A DNA stretch of 64,000 bases from Patescibacteria group bacterium (GTDB taxonomy: Bacteria; Patescibacteriota; Patescibacteriia; Patescibacteriales; UBA12465). This document shows, one piece after another, positions 45,382 through 54,584 of the stretch; position 1 is the first letter of the stretch; every line of letters begins with the position of its first letter. The stretch lies in NCBI GenBank assembly GCA_041650715.1, contig JBAZKQ010000001.1, positions 390,945 through 454,944 on the forward strand, written 5' to 3'. Made by a program: the position numbers and the translations under genes. The notes beneath the pieces are model-generated. The model saw only the letters and a program-made list of their open reading frames with translations. It was not told where the DNA came from and did no database searches.

Positions 45382-45882
45382 TTATTTAACTGGAGCTTTC
45401 TGAGTAGTCGTGCCGCCCGTCGCCGGAGCGCTCGGTTTCGTCACTGTAGTCGGAACGCCGCCAGTAGTGGACTGAACCTCGATATACTGCACACCTTGAG
45501 TCGGAACAGCCTGCGCATTCCCCATCATAAAGTAGCGCCCATCATTAGAACCGCGAATCGGCATTTCCGTGCGAAAACCGCAACTGCCGCCATTGCCATA
45601 ACGATCAAAATTATTATAACGAGAACCATGTCTTGCTCCCATGGCCGCGCCAATACAGAGCAAGAGAATAACCACAAAAAATACTACAATCGCCTTAATT
45701 AAATGGTAACCCATATGAGCGCAGTGATGCCCGTGGCAGCCCATGCCATGACCATGGTGCCCCGAATGCCCCTCATGGTGCAAATGGTGCTCACCGTGAT
45801 GACCGGAATGAGAATGCTTAGCCTCAGGCATAGCTGCTCCGCCTGACACGACTGGTCCATTTTCAATTTTGTTTTCTTCCAT
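45382..45882 (-). CDS. His-rich membrane protein (candidate metal-binding)
   Basis: Start set at the ATG at 45882 (MEENKIEN). Tract HSHSGHHGEHHLHHEGHSGHHGHGMGCHGHHCAHMGYH, then TM AIVVFFVVILLLCIGAAMG. The ORF-track 5' extension (to 45978) is AT-rich and looks non-coding. Confidence 0.6.
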   Translation of the reverse strand: MEENKIENGPVVSGGAAMPEAKHSHSGHHGEHHLHHEGHSGHHGHGMGCHGHHCAHMGYHLIKAIVVFFVVILLLCIGAAMGARHGSRYNNFDRYGNGGSCGFRTEMPIRGSNDGRYFMMGNAQAVPTQGVQYIEVQSTTGGVPTTVTKPSAPATGGTTTQKAPVK

Positions 45883-46039
45883 AAATTTTATATATAAAAT
45901 TAGCTTTTTAAGCTTGATAAACATATATACGCGGATATTCGCCTTTTTCTTCGAAGCGGATCGCCCGACAATAGACAAGGCGCGAGATGCGATATATAGT
46001 TATAAGGGTGCTAATAAATAAATCTAAAAATCAAAATTT

Positions 46040-47089
46040 ATGGCCAGAATAATCGGACGGGGGTATTCCTTTAACGACGTACTAATTTCCCCGAAATACA
46101 ATAAAATTATTTCCCGCCGGGAAGTAAAATTCGAAACGCAGGTTACCAAAAACTATAAACTTGATATTCCGATTCTGGCCGCGAATATGGATACAATCTG
46201 CGAAAGCGAGATGGCGATTGCCCTGGGCCGCTTGGGCGGTCTCGGCGTTATCCATCGTTTTCTGAGCGTTTCCGACCAGGCGAATGAAGTCAAGAAAGTT
46301 AAGGACCAAAAATTACTGGCCGCGGCCGCTATCGGCGTTAAAGATTATGAAGAACGTATGGTAGCCCTAAGTGCCGTCGGCGTAAATATTGTCGTGCTTG
46401 ATGTCGCGCACGGCCACTCGAAACGCACCGGAAAAACTTTAGATTTTATAAAACTTAATTATCCGGCAATTGATGTGATTGTCGGCAATGTTGCCACGAA
46501 AGACGCGGCCGAATATTTTATCAGTAAAAAGGCGGACGGAATCAAGGTCGGTATCGGCCCCGGTTCGGCTTGCACGACCAGAATCATGACTGGTGCCGGT
46601 GTTCCCCAAATAACGGCTATTATGGACGTTTATGAAGCGACCCAGGGACGCGTGCCGGTTATTGCGGATGGCGGAATTAAATGCCCGGGCGATTTGACTA
46701 AAGCCATCGGCGCGGGTGCGGATACGATTATGAGCGGCGCGATGTTTGCCGGTACGGATGAAACCCCGGGCGACTTTGTCATCAAAGACGGCCAAAAATT
46801 TAAAGAATATCGCGGGATGGCCAGTTTCCTGGCGACAATAAAAAAATTGGAAATGGATGGCCAAAAAATTGACGAAGATGTCCACGTTGAAGGTGAAGCG
46901 ACTTTAGTCCCCAGCCGCGGACCGATGGCCAAAATTATCCACCGCTATCTCGGCGGTCTTGCTTCGGGCATGACTTATGTCGGCGCCGCCGATATTATAT
47001 CCCTGCGCGGCAAGGCTGATTTCATTGAAATTTCCTCGGCCGGTTACGCGGAAAGCGTGGCTCATGTTTTTACTAAATCGGATATCTAA
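46040..47089 (+). CDS. IMP dehydrogenase/GMP reductase family enzyme lacking the CBS (Bateman) insert
   Basis: [28 protein letters not shown] (catalytic Cys loop), [38 protein letters not shown]. 349 aa with no room for CBS domains. GuaB versus GuaC not resolvable by eye. Confidence 0.85.
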   Translation: MARIIGRGYSFNDVLISPKYNKIISRREVKFETQVTKNYKLDIPILAANMDTICESEMAIALGRLGGLGVIHRFLSVSDQANEVKKVKDQKLLAAAAIGVKDYEERMVALSAVGVNIVVLDVAHGHSKRTGKTLDFIKLNYPAIDVIVGNVATKDAAEYFISKKADGIKVGIGPGSACTTRIMTGAGVPQITAIMDVYEATQGRVPVIADGGIKCPGDLTKAIGAGADTIMSGAMFAGTDETPGDFVIKDGQKFKEYRGMASFLATIKKLEMDGQKIDEDVHVEGEATLVPSRGPMAKIIHRYLGGLASGMTYVGAADIISLRGKADFIEISSAGYAESVAHVFTKSDI

Positions 47090-47121
47090 TTTTCCCTATA
47101 TCTAATTTCCTCTACTTATTT

Positions 47122-47155
47122 AAAAAAAAGAGGTCGAGTTTGCTCGACCTTTTTT
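47122..47155. terminator. Bidirectional intrinsic terminator
   Basis: AAAAAAAAGAGGTCGAG-TTTG-CTCGACCTTTTTT. Confidence 0.9.
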
Positions 47156-47179
47156 GTATCTTTTTGATTTACAATTTTT

Positions 47180-47740
47180 CTACTGATTGGCAATTTTTAA
47201 ATGCTCACGACGATAGAATGAACGATGGCTCTTCTTCTTACTTGAGTTGTCATTGTTTAGAGCTCGAATATTGGTAAGATAGGGCTCGACAATTATTTTA
47301 TTTTCATTGTCGATGCCACGAGCTAATATCCTGAAAAGATTATCATTGCTAAGCATCTTAATTTTCTCATAAGACTTAAACGGTTCGAGCTTAAGCCTGA
47401 ATTGATGCAAGACGTAATTGAGACTAGCAATGATTTTATGATCGGGGTTCTTTTTATCTAAATCGAGCCCTTCAAAATTCATCTGCCTGATAATCAACAA
47501 ATTAGGATCATTGACCGACAGCAATGAGTCGATCTTACGAATTGTTTCGCGAACGGCGAGCGAAATCTTACGATGGCATTTCAGCTTATCCAACTCTTTA
47601 ATGCTGGTTAAGCTGATGCATAGTAAATTGCCACCTTTACGTAATTTGTCCACCGCCTCGGGACAAACGATAACGTTAGTGTCAACGAATACGATACTCT
47701 TGATTTCTCTTTCTACTTCAAAAGTTTTCCCTTTAGACAT
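47180..47740 (-). CDS. Stand-alone PIN-domain protein (resembles the N-terminal PIN of PhoH/YlaK-type proteins)
   Basis: IVFVDTNVIV ... LCISLTSIKELDKLK ... DHKIIASL: acidic residues placed as in PIN nucleases. No PhoH ATPase part and no adjacent antitoxin-sized ORF. Confidence 0.5.
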   Translation of the reverse strand: MSKGKTFEVEREIKSIVFVDTNVIVCPEAVDKLRKGGNLLCISLTSIKELDKLKCHRKISLAVRETIRKIDSLLSVNDPNLLIIRQMNFEGLDLDKKNPDHKIIASLNYVLHQFRLKLEPFKSYEKIKMLSNDNLFRILARGIDNENKIIVEPYLTNIRALNNDNSSKKKSHRSFYRREHLKIANQ

Positions 47741-47853
47741 TCCGTCTCTTTTTGAGTTAATACTAGTGCGTTAATTTGTTATTTGTTAAAGAATTATTAT
47801 ATTTTTATCTTAAACTCTTTAATAAAATTTTGCAATAATATTCGCGACTATCT

Positions 47854-47882
47854 TTGACTAGCGACTAAAATTACCATATACT
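47854..47882 (+). promoter_or_regulatory. Predicted promoter of greA
   Basis: TTGACT (47854-47859), 17 nt, TATACT (47877-47882), 18 nt before the ATG at 47900. Confidence 0.6.
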
Positions 47883-47899
47883 GAAGCCAGATTAATTAT

Positions 47900-48400
47900 A
47901 TGCAAGTTCCCCACCGCAAAAAAGAAACTTATATAAAACCCAAGCCGGATCCATATTTGACCGAGCTTAAATTTATCGAACTCAAAAATGAATTGGCGCA
48001 CCTGCTAAATGTCGTGCGCCCGCGGGAATCGACTGAAGTGAAACACCTCGCTGAAATGGGTGATTTTTCCGAAAACGCCGGCTATCAATTCGCCAAGAGT
48101 CGTTTGCGCGGAATTAACCAAAGAATTCTTGATTTAGAATATCAACTCAAAAATGCCGTGATTTTTCAACCCAACAAAAATACCCAAGTCCTGGGACTTG
48201 GGCATCGTGTGACCGTTGAAATTGACGGTCAAGAAAAAACTTATACAATTCTGGGCGGTACGGAAACTGATCCGACGGCCGGAGTTATTTCTCATAATTC
48301 GCCGATCGGCGCGGCTCTACTCGGCCACCGCGTCGGTGACTGCGTTAAGGTTAAAATTGGCGAACGCGAACGCGAATATAAAATTATTAAAATTGCCTAA
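47900..48400 (+). CDS. greA: Transcription elongation factor GreA
   Basis: GDFSENAGYQFAKSRLRGINQRILDLE (coiled-coil tip with acidic residues) and ISHNSPIGAALLGHRVGD (C-terminal domain). Confidence 0.9.
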   Translation: MQVPHRKKETYIKPKPDPYLTELKFIELKNELAHLLNVVRPRESTEVKHLAEMGDFSENAGYQFAKSRLRGINQRILDLEYQLKNAVIFQPNKNTQVLGLGHRVTVEIDGQEKTYTILGGTETDPTAGVISHNSPIGAALLGHRVGDCVKVKIGEREREYKIIKIA

Positions 48401-48422
48401 ACTCGGAAAATAATCCGGACAA

Positions 48423-48680
48423 TTACTCAAAAGAATAGCCGCAAGTCGCTTTGGTTAGGCATTCTTTTTCCGTCCGCGGATATTTGCGACAATTAAGCGA
48501 TCTCATATTATAAACCGTGCAATAACTTTTACCATCCGCACTATCTTGCAAAAAGGGACAACGGGTCGGCAAATAACAACATTTCCCACAATTGTGGCAT
48601 TCGCCCTGTCTATTTTTTGCCACCGGCCAAAAAGCAGTTACGGTCCGTTTCAATTTAGTCAACCAGGTATTTTTATTCAT
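48423..48680 (-). CDS. YkgJ-family Cys-cluster (Zn/Fe-chelating) protein
   Basis: 85 aa. ECHNCGKCCYLPTRCPFL ... YCTVYNMRSLNCRKYP. Confidence 0.55.
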   Translation of the reverse strand: MNKNTWLTKLKRTVTAFWPVAKNRQGECHNCGKCCYLPTRCPFLQDSADGKSYCTVYNMRSLNCRKYPRTEKECLTKATCGYSFE

Positions 48681-48696
48681 TTCTATTATTTAGCTT

Positions 48697-49158
48697 TTAA
48701 GCCCTGTCTTCAATAAACTTGAGAAGGCGCAAGCGATGGCCATCGGTTTCTCGATTTAACTTATGAAGAACTTCATTAATTGCTTTAATTTTTGTTGAAA
48801 AAATATTAAAATTATTTTTTTCAATCATTGACTGCTCTAAACTTAAGGAATTATTAAGCGCTTCCTTAAAAGTAATATCAATCTTGCTGGCCTCATCAAG
48901 GCAATCGTCGACAAATTGACCGACATACGCAAGTATAAAAGGCGCATTGTCCGATATTTGCCACTCATCATAATCATGACCATAGTGCCTGTCTAAATCA
49001 GCCAAGAGAGCGGCATGTCTTTTTTCGTCTTTCGCTAAACCGTCCCAAAGCTTGGCTTGGGCGGGAAACTTATCGGCATAAGCTAAATATAAAAGCGCGA
49101 TTTTGTTTTCATTCTCGGAAAATACCGCTAAAATATTTTCTTTACTTATATCGACCAT
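48697..49158 (-). CDS. Ferritin-like/rubrerythrin-like four-helix-bundle protein (tentative)
   Basis: 153 aa helical. Candidate metal-ligand motifs DEKRHAALL, LEQSMIE, ETDGHRLRL. Confidence 0.4.
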   Translation of the reverse strand: MVDISKENILAVFSENENKIALLYLAYADKFPAQAKLWDGLAKDEKRHAALLADLDRHYGHDYDEWQISDNAPFILAYVGQFVDDCLDEASKIDITFKEALNNSLSLEQSMIEKNNFNIFSTKIKAINEVLHKLNRETDGHRLRLLKFIEDRA

Positions 49159-49160
49159 AA

Positions 49161-49901
49161 CTATTTTACTTCGTAGACCAGCGTTACTTCGACCTTAATT
49201 TCATTTTGGCCGGATTGGATACTTGGGGCTGCAATCGCGCCGGCGCTGCTGTCCTGTAATTCAATTTTAGCGTTCGTATAACCGAAGGCAATCGGCGGTG
49301 TCGGGTCGGCATTTTCATAAACGCTCTTTACTTCTCCTAATTTCATGCCGGATTGTTTCGCGATTAAAGCCGCCTTCTCTTGTGCTTTTTGAATCGCGAG
49401 TTCTCTCGCCTGATTCTTTAAAGCAAACTCATCATCAATTGTAAAATTAATGTTACCGACTTGATTAGCACCTTTTTCAGTAGTTTTGGCAATCACGTCG
49501 CCGATCTTAGTTAAATCTCTAATTTTTAAAGTTAAAGTCTGGGTAACCTGATAACCGACCAAAACTTGGCCTTTATCATTCGTATAGTTATAAACCGGGC
49601 TTAGATTATAGTCAGCCGTTTGCATGTCCTTATCTTCAATGCCCAGCTTCTTTAATTCAGCCACGATTTCGTTCATTTTATTCGTGTTCTCCAAGGTAGC
49701 TTCGGCTGCGGTTTTTTTCGCCTCCGTTTTTAAACCCACTTGGATATTAGCGATATCGGCTTTCGCATAAACTGTGCCCGAGCCAACAACCGAGAAGCGG
49801 TCAGGATTATTAACTTTATTGGCCATGACTAAGGCGACAATAACTATCGCCGCGACCGCGAGCGTTAATAAGCTCGCCAAGAAAACGTAACTTTTTTTCA
49901 T
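49161..49901 (-). CDS. SIMPL/DUF541-family secreted protein (paralog 2)
   Basis: Start set at the ATG at 49901 (MKKSYVFLASLLTLAVAAIVIVALV). VVGSGTVYAKADIANIQVGLKTEAKKTAAEA ... QNEIKVEVTLVYEVK. Parallels 38827-39612. Confidence 0.7.
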   Translation of the reverse strand: MKKSYVFLASLLTLAVAAIVIVALVMANKVNNPDRFSVVGSGTVYAKADIANIQVGLKTEAKKTAAEATLENTNKMNEIVAELKKLGIEDKDMQTADYNLSPVYNYTNDKGQVLVGYQVTQTLTLKIRDLTKIGDVIAKTTEKGANQVGNINFTIDDEFALKNQARELAIQKAQEKAALIAKQSGMKLGEVKSVYENADPTPPIAFGYTNAKIELQDSSAGAIAAPSIQSGQNEIKVEVTLVYEVK

Positions 49902-50011
49902 ATTTTTTAAATAAATTATAAGAAAGCGAAAATTATTTGAACCCGACAATCTATCGACTGATTCATTTTATCATATGCACCCCTAAATTAAAAGCGCTAA
50001 GTTTGAGTTTT

Positions 50012-50662
50012 TTATTCGCTCGGGGCAGCGAGCTGAAGCCACTCATAAAAAGTCGCCGCGTCGCCATTAATGCTAAAAACAACCGTTTTTATATCAGAGA
50101 ATTGCTTTAGCGTCGTCGTCATTTCGGCTAAAAGCTGAGCGCTCCCACAGCTGGTGCTGGCATTAGGGATTAGCAATCTAATATCTTTTAAATCAACTTT
50201 CGCCGTTCCATTTTCTACCACCACATTATTTAAAATATCTACGGTCGCTTCGGAAAACCATGAATAATAACCCTGAGCCTTATCGTCAGCGCTGGGACCC
50301 TTAAATAATTCCTGCAAAGCCAGGTTGGGATTACTATCCGTTCCGGCAATAAGGTGCTCGCGCGGATAAACGGCGGCACAATCGGCTGCATTCGGATTAA
50401 AATTAGAATTGCCAAAATAGAGACTAACACTGGGCTTAAGCTCATTCGGGCTCGTCGTTGCTTCGCTTGGACACGGCGCAAATTCACAATTCGGTCCCGA
50501 GCGTCCGACCGCTGACCCATCCGGACAAATTTTCGCTTCCATGGTGCAGGCGACTGGACCATTAATCTCATTTCCCTCCTTCTTCGGCAGGGGGTTTTTC
50601 AAACTGCAGGCGCTAAGCAGAAATAGGCTTAGAATTATGACTAAAAATAACGGCTTCTTCAT
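50012..50662 (-). CDS. Lipoprotein with GerMN-like domain
   Basis: Lipobox LFLLSAC. Cys-rich spacer, then LALQELFKGPSADDKAQGYYSWF ... GTAKVDL, GerMN-like. Confidence 0.5.
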   Translation of the reverse strand: MKKPLFLVIILSLFLLSACSLKNPLPKKEGNEINGPVACTMEAKICPDGSAVGRSGPNCEFAPCPSEATTSPNELKPSVSLYFGNSNFNPNAADCAAVYPREHLIAGTDSNPNLALQELFKGPSADDKAQGYYSWFSEATVDILNNVVVENGTAKVDLKDIRLLIPNASTSCGSAQLLAEMTTTLKQFSDIKTVVFSINGDAATFYEWLQLAAPSE

Positions 50663-50788
50663 AAAATTATGATTAAAATTAAACGGCCATGAGCCCTAAA
50701 ATTATAATTGTATTTTAGCAAATTTAGTGCGTCTTGATAAGTGCCTGAATGACAATCTATCATTGACGCTTCTACAATATTATGCTAA

Positions 50789-50830
50789 TGTTTTCTTTCA
50801 GGAAATAACTGTTTTCTTTCGAGAAATTAA
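50789..50830 (+). repeat. Two tandem 21-nt direct repeats, each containing a TTTC-NN-GAAA palindrome (candidate operator pair)
   Basis: TGTTTTCTTTCAGGAAATAAC (50789-50809) and TGTTTTCTTTCGAGAAATTAA (50810-50830), 17/21 identical. They lie downstream of TTGACG (50763-50768), 17 nt, TAATGT (50786-50791), and upstream of the ATG at 50892. Confidence 0.6.
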
Positions 50831-50891
50831 TCGATCTTTAAAAACACAATCAATATTAGCCACACAATACTAACTCCAAAATTAATGTACC

Positions 50892-52013
50892 ATGAATGAC
50901 GACAGACTTTACCAGGAAAACAAAGAAGCGCTCCTATCGCTTCTAAAAATGGGCATGCCGGCCAGAGTAATCGAAGAGTATTTTCAAATAAGCTCAGCGA
51001 CGGTTTATAATTACGTACAACGATTACAAAACAACCGGGAATTTACAATGGCTATGCAGGCAACAAACCATGCAATTCCCCGAATGCTTGCCCTACTGAC
51101 ACATCTTAAAATCGGCCGATCTACGCAACCCTGGATTTCATTAACTAAAGTTGATAAACAAATCCTGGAAACAATTCTTGATAAAGTTCTGGAGAGCGAA
51201 AGAATTATTAACGTTTTAGAGTATGCCGAGCGACCACTCTTGAAATTCCTGCGTTTCGAGTTTGGCCCGGAAATTCCAATCGGCTACTGTGACTTGCTTA
51301 ATTACTTAAACCCGGGAATTAGCTATCCCGATGATCTTGCGGTAAAAATTTGGCGCAGCCATCTTAAAGATTTGGCCAACGGCACAATTGAACTTCATTA
51401 TTTTCCAACCCTAAAGGCCTGGCAAGAAGCGACTATCAACCAATTGCTGAATAATTTAGGCAATTTAATTCGTCCCTTTATCCTGCCGATCCTGCCCGAC
51501 GCTATTGTCGAAAAAATTGAAAATATTTTTTTTCCGACCTTACCGCCGAAAGAGGTAAAATTATTGAAAAAGTATTTTGGAATTAATTGCGAGAAGTTGA
51601 GTTTATCGCAAATTGCAGCTGAAGATGGTCTGAGCTCGCAACGCGTAAATCAAAAATTCCATGCGGCCATCAGGCGCGCCAAAAACGCGCATCGCCTTGA
51701 ACTTATTCTCGCTATTCCCCTTACCTGGGAAAAGGTGATATCGCTTATCCCGGTGAAGCCTAATGGTAATGCCGAACCGCTTCCGCCATCTGAAGCCGCC
51801 CGCCTTCTCATCGTTGACTTAGACTTATCCACTCGAGCGCTAAACTGTCTACGGGCGATTGATGACGTCACCTATCTCGGCGATCTGTCCGATTTCTATG
51901 TTGACGAATTACTTAACTATCGAAATATGGGAAAGAAGACAGTCGACGAAATTAAAGCCGTTATGAAAAAATATGGCGTTCCTTTCCGAAAAAAAAATAA
52001 AAAACTCCAGTAA
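50892..52013 (+). CDS. Multi-HTH protein combining a sigma-70 region-4-like domain and an RNA polymerase alpha-subunit C-terminal-domain-like (HhH) domain
   Basis: Residues about 217-265: LPPKEVKLLKKYFGINCEKLSLSQIAAEDGLSSQRVNQKFHAAIRRAK (sigma r4 pattern). Residues about 305-363: LIVDLDLSTRALNCLRAIDDVTYLGDLSDFYVDELLNYRNMGKKTVDEIKAVMKKYG, which aligns with E. coli alpha-CTD [48 protein letters not shown]. Extra N-terminal HTH MPARVIEEYFQISSATVYNYVQ. Confidence 0.7.
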   Translation: MNDDRLYQENKEALLSLLKMGMPARVIEEYFQISSATVYNYVQRLQNNREFTMAMQATNHAIPRMLALLTHLKIGRSTQPWISLTKVDKQILETILDKVLESERIINVLEYAERPLLKFLRFEFGPEIPIGYCDLLNYLNPGISYPDDLAVKIWRSHLKDLANGTIELHYFPTLKAWQEATINQLLNNLGNLIRPFILPILPDAIVEKIENIFFPTLPPKEVKLLKKYFGINCEKLSLSQIAAEDGLSSQRVNQKFHAAIRRAKNAHRLELILAIPLTWEKVISLIPVKPNGNAEPLPPSEAARLLIVDLDLSTRALNCLRAIDDVTYLGDLSDFYVDELLNYRNMGKKTVDEIKAVMKKYGVPFRKKNKKLQ

Positions 52014-52027
52014 TCTAAAAACACAAA

Positions 52028-52053
52028 AGGCCGCCCCTAAAGGTGGCCTTATT
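52028..52053 (+). terminator. Hairpin after the 373-aa gene (weak T-run)
   Basis: AGGCCGCC-CCTAAA-GGTGGCCT with a G-U pair valid on the plus strand, followed by TATTTATT. Confidence 0.5.
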
Positions 52054-52059
52054 TATTAA

Positions 52060-52095
52060 AAAAATAGCGAGATGATAAGTCTCGCTTTTGTTTTG
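52060..52095. terminator. Second hairpin with flanking A-/T-runs (bidirectional)
   Basis: AAAAAAATAGCGAG-ATGATAAGT-CTCGCTTTTGTTTTG. Confidence 0.6.
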
Positions 52096-52119
52096 TTTTG
52101 CTTTTTAACCCGGAACTTT

Positions 52120-52455
52120 TTAGGCGATATCTTGACCATCCAAAAGGCGATCAATTCTCGTCAGTAAACAGGTATTTCTGGGTTCAGTTCTGAACTGAGC
52201 CAAGACTTCGAAATGCTTATCATTCGGCTGATTAGCCAAGTTATAATAAGCTTGCATCCGCATTTTTTTACCCCGGTCTTTTAGAGTCTTTAATAAAAAT
52301 TTTTCTCCTTCCTTTTGAGGGTCATCACCGTTTTGGCAACAGGCACCGAGTTCATTAAGTAGAGAAAGTTTGCGCGTTAATAGCAGGGTTCCCTTTTTAA
52401 ACCACCTTACTATTTCCCGGGGCGGGATTTGGGTCGTTCTTGATAATTTTTTCAT
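52120..52455 (-). CDS. Hypothetical protein
   Basis: 111-aa basic ORF. No motif recognised. Confidence 0.45.
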   Translation of the reverse strand: MKKLSRTTQIPPREIVRWFKKGTLLLTRKLSLLNELGACCQNGDDPQKEGEKFLLKTLKDRGKKMRMQAYYNLANQPNDKHFEVLAQFRTEPRNTCLLTRIDRLLDGQDIA

Positions 52456-52628
52456 CTTACTCGTTTTGGAGGATTTATGACGGATTAATAAAGCATTATC
52501 GTGTTGTTAATTTGTAAAAAATCTACCATCATATTTTGCTGTTGTCAACCCCAGGGTCGTAAAAATATATCCTTCCATATCTATTTAGCCTTAATAATGC
52601 TATGCTTGACACCCAAACATAAAAATAT

Positions 52629-53675
52629 ATGAAAAACAAAATTGTTCTGTATTTGCTTATCGCCGCGACCCTATTTTCGCCCGCGCTCGTAAATGCACAA
52701 TCTTACTTTGATTTTAACTGGCATGACACGCCCACTATCACTCCAACCGGTTCGCCGGATATTATTTTCCCGGTTCAGGGCGGGGCCAGCTTCTCGGACG
52801 ACTTTAGCGACCCGCGCACTGGTCATACTCACGAAGGCAATGATTTAATGGCCCCAAAAATGACCCCGATTCTGGCCGCGCGTGGCGGTCGGGTTACTTT
52901 TGCCCCTATGACCGAGCCGAGCTACGGCTATATGCTTTCAATTGCCGGTGATGATGGCTATAAATACAATTATATCCATATCAATAACGACACTCCGGGG
53001 ACCGATGACGGCAAAGGCGGAGCCCAAAATGCCTACGCGCCCGGAATTCAAGCCGGCGTGACAGTAACTCAAGGCCAGGTAATAGCTTATGTCGGCGATT
53101 CCGGCAACGCCGAATCGGTCGGTTCTCATCTCCATTTTGAAATTCGCCTCCCAGACGACACGGCAATTGACCCCTATCCTTTCCTTAATATCGCTCTTAA
53201 AATCAACGGCTATGATGCCAAAGGAGCCAGCGCGACAAGTCCAACTATTAACGCCGACAAGGGGCTGCTCGCTGTTGCCACGAGCACCACTTTTTGTGAA
53301 TCGGGTTCGCTCATCCGTATCCCGGAAATATCTTCAGTCTATTATTGCGGCGCGGACGGTAAACGCTATGTCTTTCCTAACGCTCAAACTTATTCATCCT
53401 GGTATAAAGATTTTTCGACCGTAAAAACCATTAGCCTTGAAGAAATGAGTAAAATCGTTCTGGGCGGAAATGTTACCTACCGCCCCGGCATTAAATTATT
53501 AAAAACCCAGATCGACTCGCGCGTGTACGCCGTTGATCATAACGGATCTCTGCGCTTAATGACGACACCGGCCATTGCCGTTAAATATTATGGCTTGGCC
53601 TGGGCGAAGAATGTCGATGATATTCCAGAATCATTTTTCTTGAATTATAAAGTCGGCGCACCGGTAAATAATTAA
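52629..53675 (+). CDS. Secreted M23 (LytM-type) peptidoglycan endopeptidase with a C-terminal roughly 120-aa module shared with the S-layer-like protein
   Basis: Signal peptide ending VNAQ. HTHEGNDLMAP and GDSGNAESVGSHLHFEIR (HxxxD / HxH zinc ligands). C-terminal GSLIRIPEISSVYYCGADGKRYVFPNAQTYSSWYKDF... Confidence 0.9.
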   Translation: MKNKIVLYLLIAATLFSPALVNAQSYFDFNWHDTPTITPTGSPDIIFPVQGGASFSDDFSDPRTGHTHEGNDLMAPKMTPILAARGGRVTFAPMTEPSYGYMLSIAGDDGYKYNYIHINNDTPGTDDGKGGAQNAYAPGIQAGVTVTQGQVIAYVGDSGNAESVGSHLHFEIRLPDDTAIDPYPFLNIALKINGYDAKGASATSPTINADKGLLAVATSTTFCESGSLIRIPEISSVYYCGADGKRYVFPNAQTYSSWYKDFSTVKTISLEEMSKIVLGGNVTYRPGIKLLKTQIDSRVYAVDHNGSLRLMTTPAIAVKYYGLAWAKNVDDIPESFFLNYKVGAPVNN

Positions 53676-53680
53676 TAAAT

Positions 53681-53706
53681 AAAAAAAGCCAAACTATGTT
53701 TGGCTT
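53681..53706 (-). terminator. Hairpin terminator serving the convergent 239-aa gene (T-run only on the minus strand)
   Basis: AAAAAAAGCCAAAC-TAT-GTTTGGCTT: 9-bp stem. Confidence 0.65.
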
Positions 53707-53725
53707 CTCAAGCGTGTTTTTTATT

Positions 53726-54445
53726 TTATTTTGTTTTTTTGCTTTTCGCCCGGGGGCTTAGAGCAATTTTTGTGGCTTCGGCCGCCGCCATTAATTTCCG
53801 TCCATCAGCACGTAATAATGGAACTGCCTCAGCGATGAGGAGCGGTTGCAGTCGAGCGATCTCTTTCCGGATTATTTTATCCAGAGATTCGGGACCACCT
53901 GCGGCCACAAGTTTACGTGCGTGCCGAATAAATTCACTGCCCCAAGCGGGTAGTTCTTTTTTTTCTTTTTCGGAGCGCTCCTGCAGCAGAATCGAATACA
54001 ATGAATGAACTCGCGCTTCACCCGGGTAATCATAATCGTGGTAAAGATCATAGTTTCCAAGGCCCGACATGATCTGCTTAAAAATTACCTGCAAATCCTG
54101 AAAGTTGTAAGTAAATTCTTGCGTTCTTTCGTATTCGATTTCTCTTTGCCTGATGCTTATAACCTGCTTGTTAAGGCAGGTCGTCAGAATTATCCGCGGA
54201 TATTCCTGTTTCCCGGGAATAATGACGACCAGCAAAATATTATACTGACCGATGGAAAATTCATACATGACGCTTCCCCGAAAAGGTTTAAGTAAAATTT
54301 TTGACAGATCGTTTGCTACGGTTGCCTGACCAGCGACAGTAAACATTTGGCCACCGGATAGCTTCTGAATTCTTTTTAATAGACTTGTTAGCCTATTTCT
54401 CATTTTTTGAATGAGATAACCTTCAATAATTTGTGTTTTCGTCAT
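53726..54445 (-). CDS. Hypothetical protein
   Basis: 239-aa ORF with an ATG start. No motif recognised. Confidence 0.5.
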   Translation of the reverse strand: MTKTQIIEGYLIQKMRNRLTSLLKRIQKLSGGQMFTVAGQATVANDLSKILLKPFRGSVMYEFSIGQYNILLVVIIPGKQEYPRIILTTCLNKQVISIRQREIEYERTQEFTYNFQDLQVIFKQIMSGLGNYDLYHDYDYPGEARVHSLYSILLQERSEKEKKELPAWGSEFIRHARKLVAAGGPESLDKIIRKEIARLQPLLIAEAVPLLRADGRKLMAAAEATKIALSPRAKSKKTK

Positions 54446-54584
54446 TTTTCAGTAATTTTGGAGTTTTGGTATTTTATTAATTAATAGATTAATTTATCAA
54501 TGTATTTTTAAAGTTCTAATCAATAAATTAATGTATCATTATATTAAACATTTGTCAATCTACTAACGAATTCAGAAGTCTTTA

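Noticed and set aside
46082-46932. Minus-strand ORFs 46082-46309, 46439-46885 and 46630-46932
   Set aside because: They are antisense within the strongly supported IMPDH/GMPR-family gene. Their translations are Arg/Ala-rich shadow ORFs.
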